Under the pieces are notes generated by a model. It did no database searches. It was not told the origin of the DNA and saw nothing but the letters and a program-made list of their open reading frames with translations. This document shows positions 13,166 to 26,427 of a stretch of DNA of 64,000 nt, piece after piece. Origin of the DNA: Eledone cirrhosa. Lineage: Eukaryota. Where the stretch lies: the NCBI GenBank assembly GCA_964016885.1, contig OZ024742.1:276706001-276770000 (forward strand), in the 5' to 3' direction. Within the stretch, counting starts at the first letter, position 1. Each line of letters begins with the position of its first letter. Position numbers and translations under genes: made by a program.

Positions 13166-14616
13166 AGAATATATTTTTATCTCTGCATTCTGGATTAAAA
13201 ACTTGTTAGTCACTTTTGCTTATTGTATCTTTGTGATTGAGTAAATAAATCATGAAGGTTCAATCAATTGACTATAGTTCTTCCTTTCAAATAATTGACC
13301 TAGTCTTTTGTGAAAAGAAACTGTTGATTATAGATAGAAGTGGTTAATCAAAGTTGTTTAGATGTTTGTAACTACTTCAATTTGATATGGGTTTTTAAAC
13401 CTTTTGACACCAAAATCTCTAAAACTGTCCTTGTTTCTATGATATAAAAATGTATATTTTAACCTTTAGCACATAAGAATTTTTTTATGAATTGCTTCCT
13501 TTGACACTGCATTATGTATTAGAGGAAATTACTATATCAACGACTTAATGCGCCCGGAGCGTCCAGAAGGTTAAAATGTTTGTATTTATCTATAAACCTT
13601 CAATAACAATTTTATGTAGGAACATTTAAGTTTTGCTCGAAACACCATCACAACAAGAAAGTTAAATCCTTCCAAATTGTTGACTATTGTCAAAATGATT
13701 TGAAACTCATAGGTAGTGTCTTTCATTAGAAATGTGATAATGAAAGGGTTAAAAAGCATTTTTGTGACTTCATCTACCTTAGAATACAATTTTGCATTAT
13801 TCTGGCTCACTTGAGTGCCTAATGCAAATTGACAAAATGTGGGTAAGTAATTTGCTTCTGTCTTTAACTGTTAACACTTTGCTATATTAATGACATTTTT
13901 ATTTTATTTTATCTTAAATATTTAACTGAAGGATGAAATTGTTTTATAGATATATCTTTATAGCTCAAGATGCCTATTCAAAAACATGAGAAAACGATAT
14001 TTGTAACACAAATTGGAAAAAAACTGTCTATAAATTTAACCCTAGGAGTAGAGTCTCTCTCCCAGTCTCATTGTCAGTTTTAAAGTATTTTAAATCTCAG
14101 CAAATCCTGGGCTATTTTAAAAAAATGTTATCCTATATTTTATGTCTTATCAGAATACATTTATATTTGTTGGTTTTGAGCTTGCTTATTTTTGTCTTTT
14201 TTTAATTGAATCTATTCATCCTAATACTGTCTCTACTCTCTAGTATTAACTTTTCACAGGGCTCAGTAACTACCTTAATGTTCTGTACCACATGAGCAAG
14301 ACATTCTTGAAAAGTTCACAACAACACTATGATTACATCACATTATATATTAGTCTTCATTCTAATACTGCAAATTTTCACAACAATCTGTCCACTAGTA
14401 AAGATACTATTTAAAAAAAATATTTTCTTCTCAATCATTACAAGATGTTAACAGTTAACTGCAGGTTGTGAATCAAACTCTGTGCACCATATACCTTATA
14501 ACTTTAATAAAGTCTTTTACTGTGGCTTTAATCCGCTATTACTCTTTCCTGGGGATTTACGAGTTAAAAAATGCAGCAGCAACAAGAAAAACAAAATATA
14601 TATACATACTCACACA

Positions 14617-17600
14617 CTCCTCCTTGGTGTGGCCTTGTCACAGTGAGGGGCTTGTGTGTTCCGTAAATCTGAGAGAATGTTATCGTCTGGAGTTATACTC
14701 CTGATAGGGCCACTCTAGGCAGGCCAGTTTCCCGGGGAGGTTTAAGACCAACAGTAACCTGTGGTGCATCAGCTCCCTGCCAAAATGGAAGCCCCATCAT
14801 CCAATTATTCTGCAGAGAGCCAACAATCCTCCCAGGAGAACCAACCTGTTACAAAACCGACCAGAAGAAAGGGGACTATCCAAGATCAGAACGGACCCCT
14901 GCATGCCCCCCACCATTGAGAAATTGACTTATGCTACAATATTCCTGTTGCCACATGGAATGTCCTATCACTCCTTTGCCCCAGGGCAGCCACTCTGCTG
15001 TCCCATCACACTGGCGGGACTCTGTCAGACACACTCATTGGGATTGGATGGGCTTCTGCAGTGTGGCACTTGCCATGCCTAAGCATGTCTGCAAGTCACT
15101 CATCATTTGGAATCCAATGAGTGACTGTTTGCTGTCCACTCATTTTATAATAGTAATAATTGTTTCTATAATTTTATAATAATAATAATAATGAAAATAT
15201 TGTGTACAGTGCTCAGGTGCACTACAACTCATCAAAAGTGTATGTATAGTACATAGGGTAATGCACAGGAAGACGACCTACATCGTTGCCTATGCCCATA
15301 CAGACATTGCAGAGGATACAGTCAAGGACGACTGCTACAGCCAGCTCTAACAGGTTTTACGACAAATCCCACTCCATGACATCACAATCATCCTCATGGA
15401 CACCAATGCTACCATCTCCTGTTCCGCAAACGACTCATTGCAGACTCAATCTGTTGGCACAACCTTTCCTGACCCATCCACCAATAACAACAGTAATCAC
15501 TTGTGCTACTACAGCTGTGTATCGCCATCACCTGGTTCCCCTGCAAACTCGTCCATCACTGACTGAACAACTACACCCAGAGGGCAATCAACTACATCAT
15601 CATCTCCTGCTACTCAAGGTCGTTTGTCGCTAACTGCTGGGTCTTCTGAGGAGTTCCAACTCTGCAATACTGACCATCAATTGCTGGCTGCAACACTGAA
15701 GTTGGGGTTGCAGGTGACCCTGTCACCAAGTACCAGCCCCACCTTAATTCATCCTATCTCCATGATCCCAACATTGCCTCTACATCTGCATGCTCCATTG
15801 CCAATTGCAAGATCTTTAAATCAAGTGTCAACCAGTCTACTCTTGACATCTTGGTAAACTCAAGACCTCTTCCCAAATGGCCCTGGATTTTACAGCATAC
15901 GCTGGAGATAATTAACTGTCACCACCAGCTCAACCAGATACGCAACAAGGTCATCACGGATGACGGGGAGAAGTTTAGGGCAGAAGAAGCTGAGCGCCTG
16001 GAGGCAGTGGCAGGGAACAACGACCTCAGCCAGGTGTTCATCACACTCCGTAGAGTCTGTGACAACCCCGATGAAAGATACCAATGGCAATGTTATCGCC
16101 ACAGAAACCACCTGCCACAAACGCTGGCAGGAGCACTTCAACCTTCTTCTTCATCACCCACCCATCCCAATCGATCCCTGCCTAACCTCCACTGCAGACA
16201 GCTGCAACCAATGACTGTTGCAGGCACGAGCCTGTCACCCCAATAAAGTCAGAACACTCAGAAGAAGCTAAACAACTGCAAAACCCCTAGAATCTGCACT
16301 ATCACCCCGGAAACGTTGAAGGCAGGCGAAGACAACATGATCCAGTGGCTCACCCATGTAATCAACCATGTACAGGTTTAAGAGCGGCTCCCAAATGACT
16401 TGACCTGGGGCTCATCCTCGCCTTTTGAAAATGAAAGGGTGACAAACTCGTCTGCAGCAACTAGAGGGGCTTCACACTCCTCTCCATCCCAAGCAAGCTC
16501 TTCACTAAGATCCTCCTCAGCCATTAGAAGCAGATATTGCCCACAAGTCGGATTCATGCCAAATCAATCTGCCTCCAACCCTTTGTCTCATTATTGAAAG
16601 ATGTCGGGAGTTTCGCAGAGATCGTCATCTCTGCGTTGCCTTCATCGACCTCAAAGCAGCTATAGACATGGTTGACCATGCATCCTTCTGGAAAATTCTC
16701 AAGCTCATTAGCTCGCCTCCCAAGATCACCACCCTGTTTCAACCCTGTAGCAGTGCCCAAGAGTTGCATGCGGCTGAACGGGAAGGAATCCGACTAGTTC
16801 ATCAACAGCGGGGTCAGACAGGGCTATGTATCTGCCCCTGACTCCTTCAACTGTGTCATCAACTATCTGATGACCAAGGTCTGTGAGTGAGTTTCTGGTG
16901 TTACCTTTGAGAACTACCACCCTACTAACCTGGAATATGCATACAACACCACCCTATTCAGCAACTCGATCAGTCAGCTCAGGGATGCACTGACCATATA
17001 CCGGGAGGAATCAGCAAGGCTTGGCCTTCAGGTGAGCTGGGCAAAGACCGAACTGATGCATGTTGATGATGGCCCGGATCCTCCCCAGCTTCATATTGGC
17101 CCCGAAGTCAAAGAGTTTGTCAGCTCCTTCATTTATTTGGGCTCGACAGTCGCCAACAATGGAGACCTGACTCTGGAGATAAACCGTAGATGTGGTCTGG
17201 CCGCTGGGGTCATGCACTTTCTATGGAAGCCCATTTGACACCACTGCTCTATTTTCCAGAAGACGAAGCTCCATATCTTCTACGTGTTAGTCCTCTCCGT
17301 TCTGCTCTATGGAGCAGAAACCTGTCCCCTCACAAAGACCCTGACAAAGTGGATCAACGGCTTTGATAACAGCTCTAAGGACCATCGGAAACATCAGATG
17401 GTGCCATCCTGTTTCCAACAAAGAGTTCAGTGTGCGCATACATCAACTTGCAGCCTCCTGTCTCATAACCATCTACTGCATGTGCTAGTACAGACATGTC
17501 CTCTGCTTTTTGCCAGATCATCCTACCAGGGCCTTACTGTCAATCGACACTGCAGCTACAGGCTGGAAGCGGCTCTGAGGCAGGCCTTGCACCAGATGGT

Positions 17601-17779
17601 TGGATGTGATTAAGGAAGATCTCCAGAGGCTCAATGTCATCTTCGAGAATATAGTGGGGCTGGCACAGGACTGCTAGTGATAGAGAGCACTGGTGGACCT
17701 GGTTGGCTCTATGTATGATGCTTCTGGGATTGCTGACCTATGATGACCCCACTTCCATCAAGCAAGAGCAAAGAAGAAG
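14617..17779 (+). mobile_element. Decayed RTE-clade LINE with both ends present (APE + RT)
   Basis: 11-bp TSD ATACTCACACA (14606-14616, 17780-17790) and (AAG)n tail. Motifs ATWNV, RGFTLLSIPSK, QVGFMPNQS, AFIDLKAA, GVRQG, LEYAYN (decayed YADD) and FIYLGS, with many stops and frameshifts. Confidence 0.9.
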
Positions 17780-20179
17780 ATACTCACACATACCGATAAA
17801 ACTAGATAAAACAAAGTTTTTATAACTTTGTTGAATCAAAGCAAAATTTTATAATACTGGAACTGACAGATTTTGGAACAACAAGAAATTATAAGATATA
17901 TTTTAAAATATTGACATGATTTATTGCATTCAGGGATTTCCCAAACAGAAGGCCAATTAATTTTTTAGTTTTTTTTTGTTTTTTACTTATGTAGAACAAA
18001 AATTGGTGTAGAAAGAAAAAAAATGCTTCTTTCTATAATTGAGCCAGATTAAGACTTTTACAGGCTCTAAGCCCTGGAAAAATTATGGTGCCCACATATA
18101 CTTTACATGGGGAAAATATCCCATATACTATACTAGAAAAAAAACTATGGGACCCCTCTTTACTTGAGGCCCTAAGCACGAACTTATTTTGCTTAATGGT
18201 TAACTCAGGACTACATTAGGGGTGATAAGTCACTCTGATAGATCTCATGATTCCTAACATGAAATTTATTTTAGTTAAAATATATTTTGAGGATATTTTC
18301 TTATTTTAGGACTAATTTTTATTTTGAAAAGTTTTAAGGTTTTTAAAAGATATTACTATTTACTTTATTACAAATTAGATTTGTTCATTTATAAGTCTAG
18401 TACTACATGTAAACTGATAAGAGATATATGACTGTAGATTTACCATCACATAACAGTTTCTCTGACTGACTGTTTTGTACTGCTGATATAAATTTCTATT
18501 TTTAATTTATGTATGTAGATCTGTCTGGGTCTTTAACATTTAGAACACACTCAAATGTATTCCTTGTAGCTGTGTCCTCATTATTTTATCAGTGAATGGT
18601 AGAATTTTGGCTTTGTGCTATATAAACATGGATACAATAGATACTGAGATGATGTGTTTAACATAATACAAAATTGAACAATGTTTCTTAAAATAAATGT
18701 CATATGATTAAATAAAAGTCAGTCATATTTACAAAGCATGAGATAATCAAGATAACTGTATTCAGTTTCTGAATGCATGTTTCTGATACGCATTATAAGT
18801 AATGTGCATGTTTGTTAATGACTAGACCATTATATCCATGTCTTTAAATAGATGTACATATTCTTATAACTGACTCTACATACCTCCTATACAACTATAC
18901 TTATGAAGACTTTAATGTTTTTTAATGTAAAGATATGTAACATACATATCATATATTATTTTTTAGAGTGTAGTGTTACTATTTGATTATTATATTGAAC
19001 ATATGGTCACCAGAATCAGCATACTTTTATTTGATGCATACACTGTATCAGACTATAGCAATATGTTTCAAATGCTACTTTATAAGATGAACTTTAGAAT
19101 TTGATATTGATCAACACCTATTATTGGCACATGAGATAGCACTTAATTAGTTTAGTTAAACATTTATTTTTTAATAAAGTTTACTGAAGACTCTAATGGT
19201 ATGTTGCCTCAGCATATTTCTACATGCTTTTTTTTATTTAACCCAGTAATAGGTTGTGGAAGTTTCATTTTCGTCAAACACAAAAACACAAAACTGTTAA
19301 GGTCACTTTAAATTTATTCATTTCTTGTGACAAGTCACCAATGTTGAGCAGTTATGTATGTTAGTACATGTGTATTTGTACTTGCTTGTACACATGCACA
19401 ATTGTGTTTTTGCATGTATGCATGTGTACCCATATATTTATATGTATGTACACATGGTGCATATATGTGTGTGTGCACACCTGGCCTAGAGTCTGTTGTG
19501 TGTATGTTTCCATATATGTACTCTTAACTGTACATATGTGTATTTACCTGTATGTTCACACTAACCGCCTCACTTAACTCCCTTTTACAAATGCCATGAT
19601 TTAAAAACAAGCCCAAACATTTTTTACCTCTTGTTTTCCTTCTCTCTCTTTTTTTTTTTTTTTATGCTTTCCTGCATTTTTTCTTCTGAAGAAGGGTGTT
19701 GCCGAAAATGTAATGCATTGACTTTTTCTCATCTTTTGAGTGTTAAATTAATATTCTCAATTCAAACCTATATTGTTTTTTCCTTATTTTATTCTCTCTC
19801 TCTCTCTCTCATATATATCATCATCATCATTTTTATGTAGACTTTTCCATCCTGGAATGGGTTGGCAGGGAACGTTTTGAGGTAATGTTTTGCAGCCAGA
19901 TGGTGTTCCTGACACTAACCCTTTTAATTGCTTCTTATGACATATAGGGTGTAGTAATGGAGATAATAACTAAAGAGTGGAAGTAGGGAGAGTAGCTACT
20001 AGTGTGTGATAGTGAGGGTATAAAAGGAGTGATACTGGAGGTGGCATGGATGGGGTGGAGTATAGTAATGGTGAAGATAGCTGTTAGGGAGTGCTATTGG
20101 GATTTCTCTGCATTTTTTGTGCAGCTGCTATCTTCCATACAAATCACAGTCTTGCACACTACATTCAGTTCCCCTTATG

Positions 20180-20940
20180 CTGAGTTTTTCTCTCAGTTCA
20201 CTTAAGCCCATTCACATCCATCAGAACATATTCGCTTTGTTTCTTTCTAGCTTTCGCAAGTCTTCTGCAGTAAAGCCCATATTTCACTGCATTTTGTATG
20301 CAAGCATTGCACAATCAACCTTTCAGTCTGAGAGAGAAGTCGTTTGTTGTCAGCAGAGATAATAGCTCTCTAACAGCCTGTTCTTATCCTGGCTATCACA
20401 CTTTCAAGCATCCGCCCCAACAGCTCATTTAATCACCTAGGTAACAAAAATTGTCAACAACTTCTGAGAAATCTTCCTGGCAAGTGAGGGTATATGTTTC
20501 ACATGTGCTCTTAATGCATACTTCTGTGCATTTGCCATATACAGAATCTATCTGTTTACACTACATATTGTGCATCCATATATTACACTGTGCAGAAATT
20601 CTGACATATTGAATAAGGCCTTTTCCCTGATATTACCACTCTCCTAAGTTTACTTTTAGGCTTAGATTCTTCTTCCAAGTTTGAAATGTTGCCTCTAACT
20701 ACGGATTCAGCTATAAAGACTAGGTCATCAGCATATAGGAGTTCCCATGAAGTGCCAGTTTTAAACTCAGTGATGGCCTGAAGGACAATGATAAGCAAAA
20801 GTGGACTGATAACTGAGCCCTGATGGACTCCCACCTGCTCTTCAAATTCATTCTTGTACTCATTGACAACTTTCACTTTGCTGGTTGTACCTTTATATGT
20901 GTACATGGCTTGTACAACTCTCACAAGCCATTTATCTACA
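20180..20940 (-). mobile_element. Older RTE LINE RT fragment
   Basis: ORF 20583-20963 contains GVHQGSVISPLL and ELLYADDLV. Confidence 0.85.
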
Positions 20941-21497
20941 ATCATCATCATCATCATCATCAACGTTTAACGTCCGTGTTCCACGCTTGCATGGGTTTGG
21001 ACGGGGGTTTCCCACTTGAGTCAAGAGTGATTATCTTGCTCACATAGGACTGTCTGGCGGGTTTTCTACAGCTGGATGCCCTTCCTAACACCAACCACAT
21101 TTACAGTGTGGGGCTGGGAGGTTTTTACCGTGTTGCCTACACGGCCACATTACAGTGTGAACTGTGTGTTTTTTTGACGTGACACCTACACGATCTCATT
21201 TGTTTCAGCCTGGATGTTGTGGCACCAACATAACTTTACATTGAAAGGGGCGGTGTGGATGGGGTGGGGGTGTATTTTGTTAGAGATGCCTACTGACTGT
21301 AGTAGGATTTACTTTGTATTTAGGTAAGGCGGGTCTTCTCTATTACTGAGTACCGCCAAAGGTCTTGGTGAGGTGTAAGTGTGTGAGGTCGGAATTTATC
21401 AGCTCGTCCCAGGTTTTTCTGGGTCTGCTTATTCCTTGGCTACCGTCTATCTTTATTGCCCTGCACTTTGTTATACAGCTATCGTCCTTCATGCGCA
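20941..21497 (-). mobile_element. Young RTE LINE 3' end with (GAT)n tail
   Basis: Very similar to 40621-41200. Confidence 0.9.
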
Positions 21498-22110
21498 TAT
21501 ATATATATATTGCATTTTGTAAACAAAGGTATCATTGGTTACAAGTTCCCAGTAAGCCAAATACTGGATCACTGTATTACGAGAAAGACCCTTCTATGAA
21601 ACTTGATGGGAAAAACTATCACACAAGATATTTTTCTTTAAAAGAACTGGTTTATGGGTTTTCTCAACAGTCTACATTAGCAAATGATATACACATACAT
21701 GAGAAACACAGTTTTTTGTCAGCCAAACTTTATTCTCAAATCATTGGTCAACCTAAGGCTAACGTAAGAAGATACTTGCCCAAGGTACTGCTGCAGTCTT
21801 ATCACTTCAGGAGGTACATGATTGCAACATGAACTACACAACCATGTTTGCACTCAATTATTGCTAAATTTCCTGTAGGGTGAATCTCCCTAAATTTGAA
21901 ACCACCATACATTATTTTTACTCTTCTGCTGTGCTTACCATTGTAATAATTTGGAATTCTCAGTTCAACACATAGCTAAACAGTTGTCAAGGTGAATATA
22001 GTTAACTAAATCAACGTTTAACCATATTTCTAATGAAAGACACTACCAAATAATTTTGAAAATAATCAAGAATTTGGAGGGATTTAGTAACATAATTAAT
22101 TTTCTCATTA

Positions 22111-22312
22111 TTAACTCTTTAGCATTTAAACCAGCCATATCCAGCCAGAATTCTCTCACCTCTTTCTGTTAACCAGCAGCTCATACTGATGTTAAGGTAT
22201 TGTTCTCAAACCAAATAATATCAAAATCTCAGATTCAATATTATGTGAGGTAAAGTCTTTACCATGAAAATATAATAGTAAATATAGAGTAATGTAAATG
22301 CTAAAGGGTTAA
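22111..22312. mobile_element. piggyBac-type MITE family 1, nested in a family 2 MITE (~22018-22445)
   Basis: TTAA|CTCTTTAGCATTTA ... AAATGCTAAAGGG|TTAA. Confidence 0.8.
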
Positions 22313-22899
22313 GCTGGTGTTTAAACCATAAATGTTCTTACATAAAATTATGATGCAAGGTTTTTATATAAATACTTTAAAACAAACTAATATTGTATCA
22401 TAAAATCGTGTGCAGTTTCAAGTGCTTTAGTATCAAAAGGATTAAAATATTAATGTTAATTATTGAGTCAAGAGGAATGAAATACAAAGTCAACATTTGT
22501 AGAGCTACAACCAAAGGCACTACTTTTTCAACCACTTTCCTGCTGTCATAACATAATAATTCTTTCTAGCATTGACACAAGGCCAGAGATTTGGAAGAAG
22601 GGGATAGTTGATTATATCGACCCCAGTACTTGATTAGTACTTTATTTTATTGACCCAGAAGATGTACTGGGTACATTTATCGCACCACCAGCACTACCAT
22701 TTTGCAGAGTAGACTGGGTGCATTTTAGCACACCAGTATTAGAGAGGTCACTCTTCCAGACTGAAGAGTTTTCTCAGACCCAATACTGTCTCTGTTCAAT
22801 TGCCAAACACTGTAACCTCCAGTCTCTCAGTATGTGTACTGATGAATGTTTTTTTTTTGTTTTGTTTTTTTTGTATTATGGCATATCTTTAATCTGCTC

Positions 22900-23375
22900 A
22901 GTCAAGAGTCATCTCTTCAAAGTTCAGTTTTTTTAGGTCATTCATCACAACTTCATCCCATGTTTTCCTTGATTTCCCTCTTCCACAGGTTCCATCCACT
23001 TTAAGTGCTCTACACTTTTATACAACTCTCGTTCTCCTTATGCACCACTTGATTATATCAATGCAATTGTCTGTCATTTATACACACTGACATTATACAT
23101 CCAATGAAGCATGCATGTATCATTTCTTTTTAGCCACCGCAAATCTTCTGCACTTAAAGCCCATGCTTCGCTACCATGCAGCATTGCAATTTATGTACAA
23201 GCCTGATATAATCTATCCTTCACGCTGAGAAATAAGCCCTTTGTTGCCAAGAGAGGTAACAGCTCCCTGAACTTCTATCTCGTTCTCCCTCTGACTACAT
23301 CACATTTAGTACATCCACCTCCACTGCTAAAGAGGTGACCTAGATAGCAAAAGCTTTCTATCACTTCCAGTGTGC
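22900..23375 (-). mobile_element. Decayed RTE LINE 3' fragment
   Basis: Minus strand reads ESFCYLG, FRELLPLLATKG and MLHGSEAW. Confidence 0.7.
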
Positions 23376-24257
23376 TTGAGAGAGTTTGTTTCTTATTCAT
23401 GATAAGTTCTGTGCTTAAGTGTTCTAAGATGTTAATGTTTACTAGACTGTGTAAATAATTGTTTTTATATTTGGCACAAGGTCAGCAATTATCCAAATGT
23501 TACTTCATGTTAGTGATCTACTATTTCTTAAACCAAAGCCATGATATAACATATGACAAAGTACATTGTTCTATTTAGAATTAACTTCATTATTAGGCAT
23601 TAGTGTATTAATTAATGGTTCTAAAACTTAGTCTAAGATTGCTTGTGTGTATAGGTAGTGTCACCATCTTTGACATAAAAGCAACATACTAAATCCCAAG
23701 TTGCAAATGGCTTGCAACTATCAAACCTTACTTGAACTAACAGTAATTTTAACACTTAGGGGTATACAATTAGGTCTATAACTGAATTTAATAAAAACTT
23801 TGAAGCAATTCAATTAAATGTGTATCTAGCAAGACACCATAGGGGTTTGGTTAGTACAACTTTACTACTGTGCTGCATTATTTAATGTTAATTACATTCA
23901 ATTAAATTTGCAATAATATGGGCATAAACTTGATAAGAATTTTGTTTTTGTTAGAAAGTTATTTGGATATATTTTGGTTATGTTACTTGTTATATCTGTT
24001 CTTCATCAGTTACATTGTAAAATGTTCATGCACATATATAGCAACACAATTCTTGCCAGGTATTAACGACTGTAATAGATTAACAATGAAATAAAGACAA
24101 CAAATTTGTTGACTGCCTGCTTTCGGTCATTGAACTATGACCATGCTGAAGCACTACTTTGAAGGACTTCAGTTGATTATATGGACCCCCCCCCCTGCCC
24201 TCACCCTCTCCATAGTACTTACACTGGTACATGTTTTATCAATGTGTTGTTTTAAGG

Positions 24258-24560
24258 CAGTAATCTCCAACCTTTTTCATACAACGGACCGGCTACATGC
24301 CAGACAATCTTTCTGCAGACTGGTAGTTGCACATATGTGTTATTTATGTGCCTTTTGATAAAGAAAGCAATAATAAAAAGAGCAATTTATTAAAGGGAAG
24401 AAAAAGTGTATTGAGTATATGAATATTGAATATTATTTAAAAAATGTTTTTAAAGTAAAATCCAATATTCAATTTATCTGTCATATAATTTTAAACAAGT
24501 TAATTATTTCTTTGTGGCCTGGTAGCAAATGATCCGCAGCCTGGTGGTTGGGGACCTCTG
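24258..24560. mobile_element. hAT (Charlie-like) MITE
   Basis: TIRs CAGTAATCTCCAACC and GGTTGGGGACCTCTG; 8-bp TSD TTTTAAGG on both sides. Confidence 0.85.
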
Positions 24561-26427
24561 TTTTAAGGGACAGAAGGTAAGTAAGTCAAGCTTGACATAA
24601 AGGGACACAATTCAGAATTAAATACTAAATATTTCAAAGTATTTTAGTTGGATGCAATGATTTTGTTCATCTCAAGCCAACACACACATACATATATATA
24701 TAACTGACCTCACAGTTATTTACAAAATGTTGTGTTTATGTTCATCTGCAATTTTATATAAAAACTCTTAAGTTATGCTCTAAACGTCAACTTAATAATG
24801 ATTTTGATTTTAGACACAAAGTCTGTAACTTGAATGGAGGGGGAAGTTGATTATATCAACCCAATATTTTACTGATACTTTATCTTATTAACCGTAGAAG
24901 GATGAAAGGTTTGAATTGAAAATGTAAAGACTTTGAACAAACACTGCAAATTATTTTGTCCAATGCTCTAATGCTTCTACCAATCCACCATCCTGCATCA
25001 GCTTAATAATGAAAACATTATCTGTTACTTAATGCCTCCAAATTCTTGATTATTTAAAAAAGTTATTTGAAAATCATGGGCAGTGTTAAATTCTAAATCT
25101 TTGTTTCTCTGCAGAGTTTCAAGACTGGATAACAATTATGCATGATGGTTATATTTTTTAGTTCAAACCCGGTCTAGGGAATTGAACATATATAAGAATA
25201 GGGAGCTAAAGGAGAGTTATATACTATTTAAAATATGGTTATGTTTTTAACTAAAAATGATGTCAAAAGTTCAGAAAATTGAACTTATTAGTTTTTTTTC
25301 TTTTTTTTTTTTTTTTTTTAACATTCTAATAGAAAGTAAAATAACAAGTCAAGTTTGAAATGTTTCCTACAAACACAATCACAATATTTTTTATCTGTGA
25401 AAGCATTGAAGGTGGCCAAGCCTGCAATTCATAGTTTTTAATTCCACTCCTTACACTATAGGTTTGAATCCAGTTAAGTTTCTCTTTTGACTTCCATTTC
25501 TTTAAAGTCACTAAGTACCAGTAATGCACTGGTGTTCATTTTGATTCAATTAACAATATGTTACCTCTAAGAAAAAATTAATCCAGTTTCAATGAAGGAA
25601 ACCTAATTTATTTTTAACTAGCTGAGCTACCCACTGATACCCGGATATTTTAAGAAAGTTACAATATATTTGGCACACATTACAAAATATTTGACCATTC
25701 AAACATGATTGCTGAATTTTAACCAAAGTAGGAATTATAGCAGAATATTTATTGCCGTTTGGTCAAAGTAAATCATCTAGATAAAAATATTAGTTTTTTC
25801 TAGTGGTGATTTTTTGAATACTGCTCCCTATTACAGTCACCATATATAATACTTTACTCATAGATGAATCATTAGGTATGTTGTCAGTGAAAAGGGCATG
25901 ACCAAAATAATACATTTAGATTTTTTTTCTTTATCCTTTTCTTTCTATCTCTTTTTTTTTTTTTTTTTGCTCAATCTGAACCTCTGAAATTCAAACAACA
26001 TGTAAAGACTATTTTAAAAACCATAAATAAAATAAGAAAATATATTTAGCATTGGTTTATGATTGAATGAAGCATTTACTTACTCATTTCTGTAATTTGG
26101 AGAAAGTGTATTTAAATTTGTACACTAGCTTTCACCAATCTTTGCCTCTATGGCAGTAGGATCTTGTTTTCTATTTCTATTAGCTATTCCAACAGTTATA
26201 GTGGCTCACATGACATACATAGATACATACACACACATGTATGTGTGTAAGACAGTTGTTTGTGATTTGAAATGGATTTTGCTAATATTTCTAGTAGATT
26301 GAGTTATCACATAGAACCATTCCTTTTTGCTTCATACATATATACATACCTGAGAAAGTAAGGTGGCATTTGAAGGAAATTTGGCTGCTATTTCTACCCA
26401 ATAAAGTCCTCACTTATATTACTTTAT

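Noticed and set aside
19355-19560. Cys/Val-rich ORF
   Set aside because: Decayed (TG)/(TATG) low-complexity tract.
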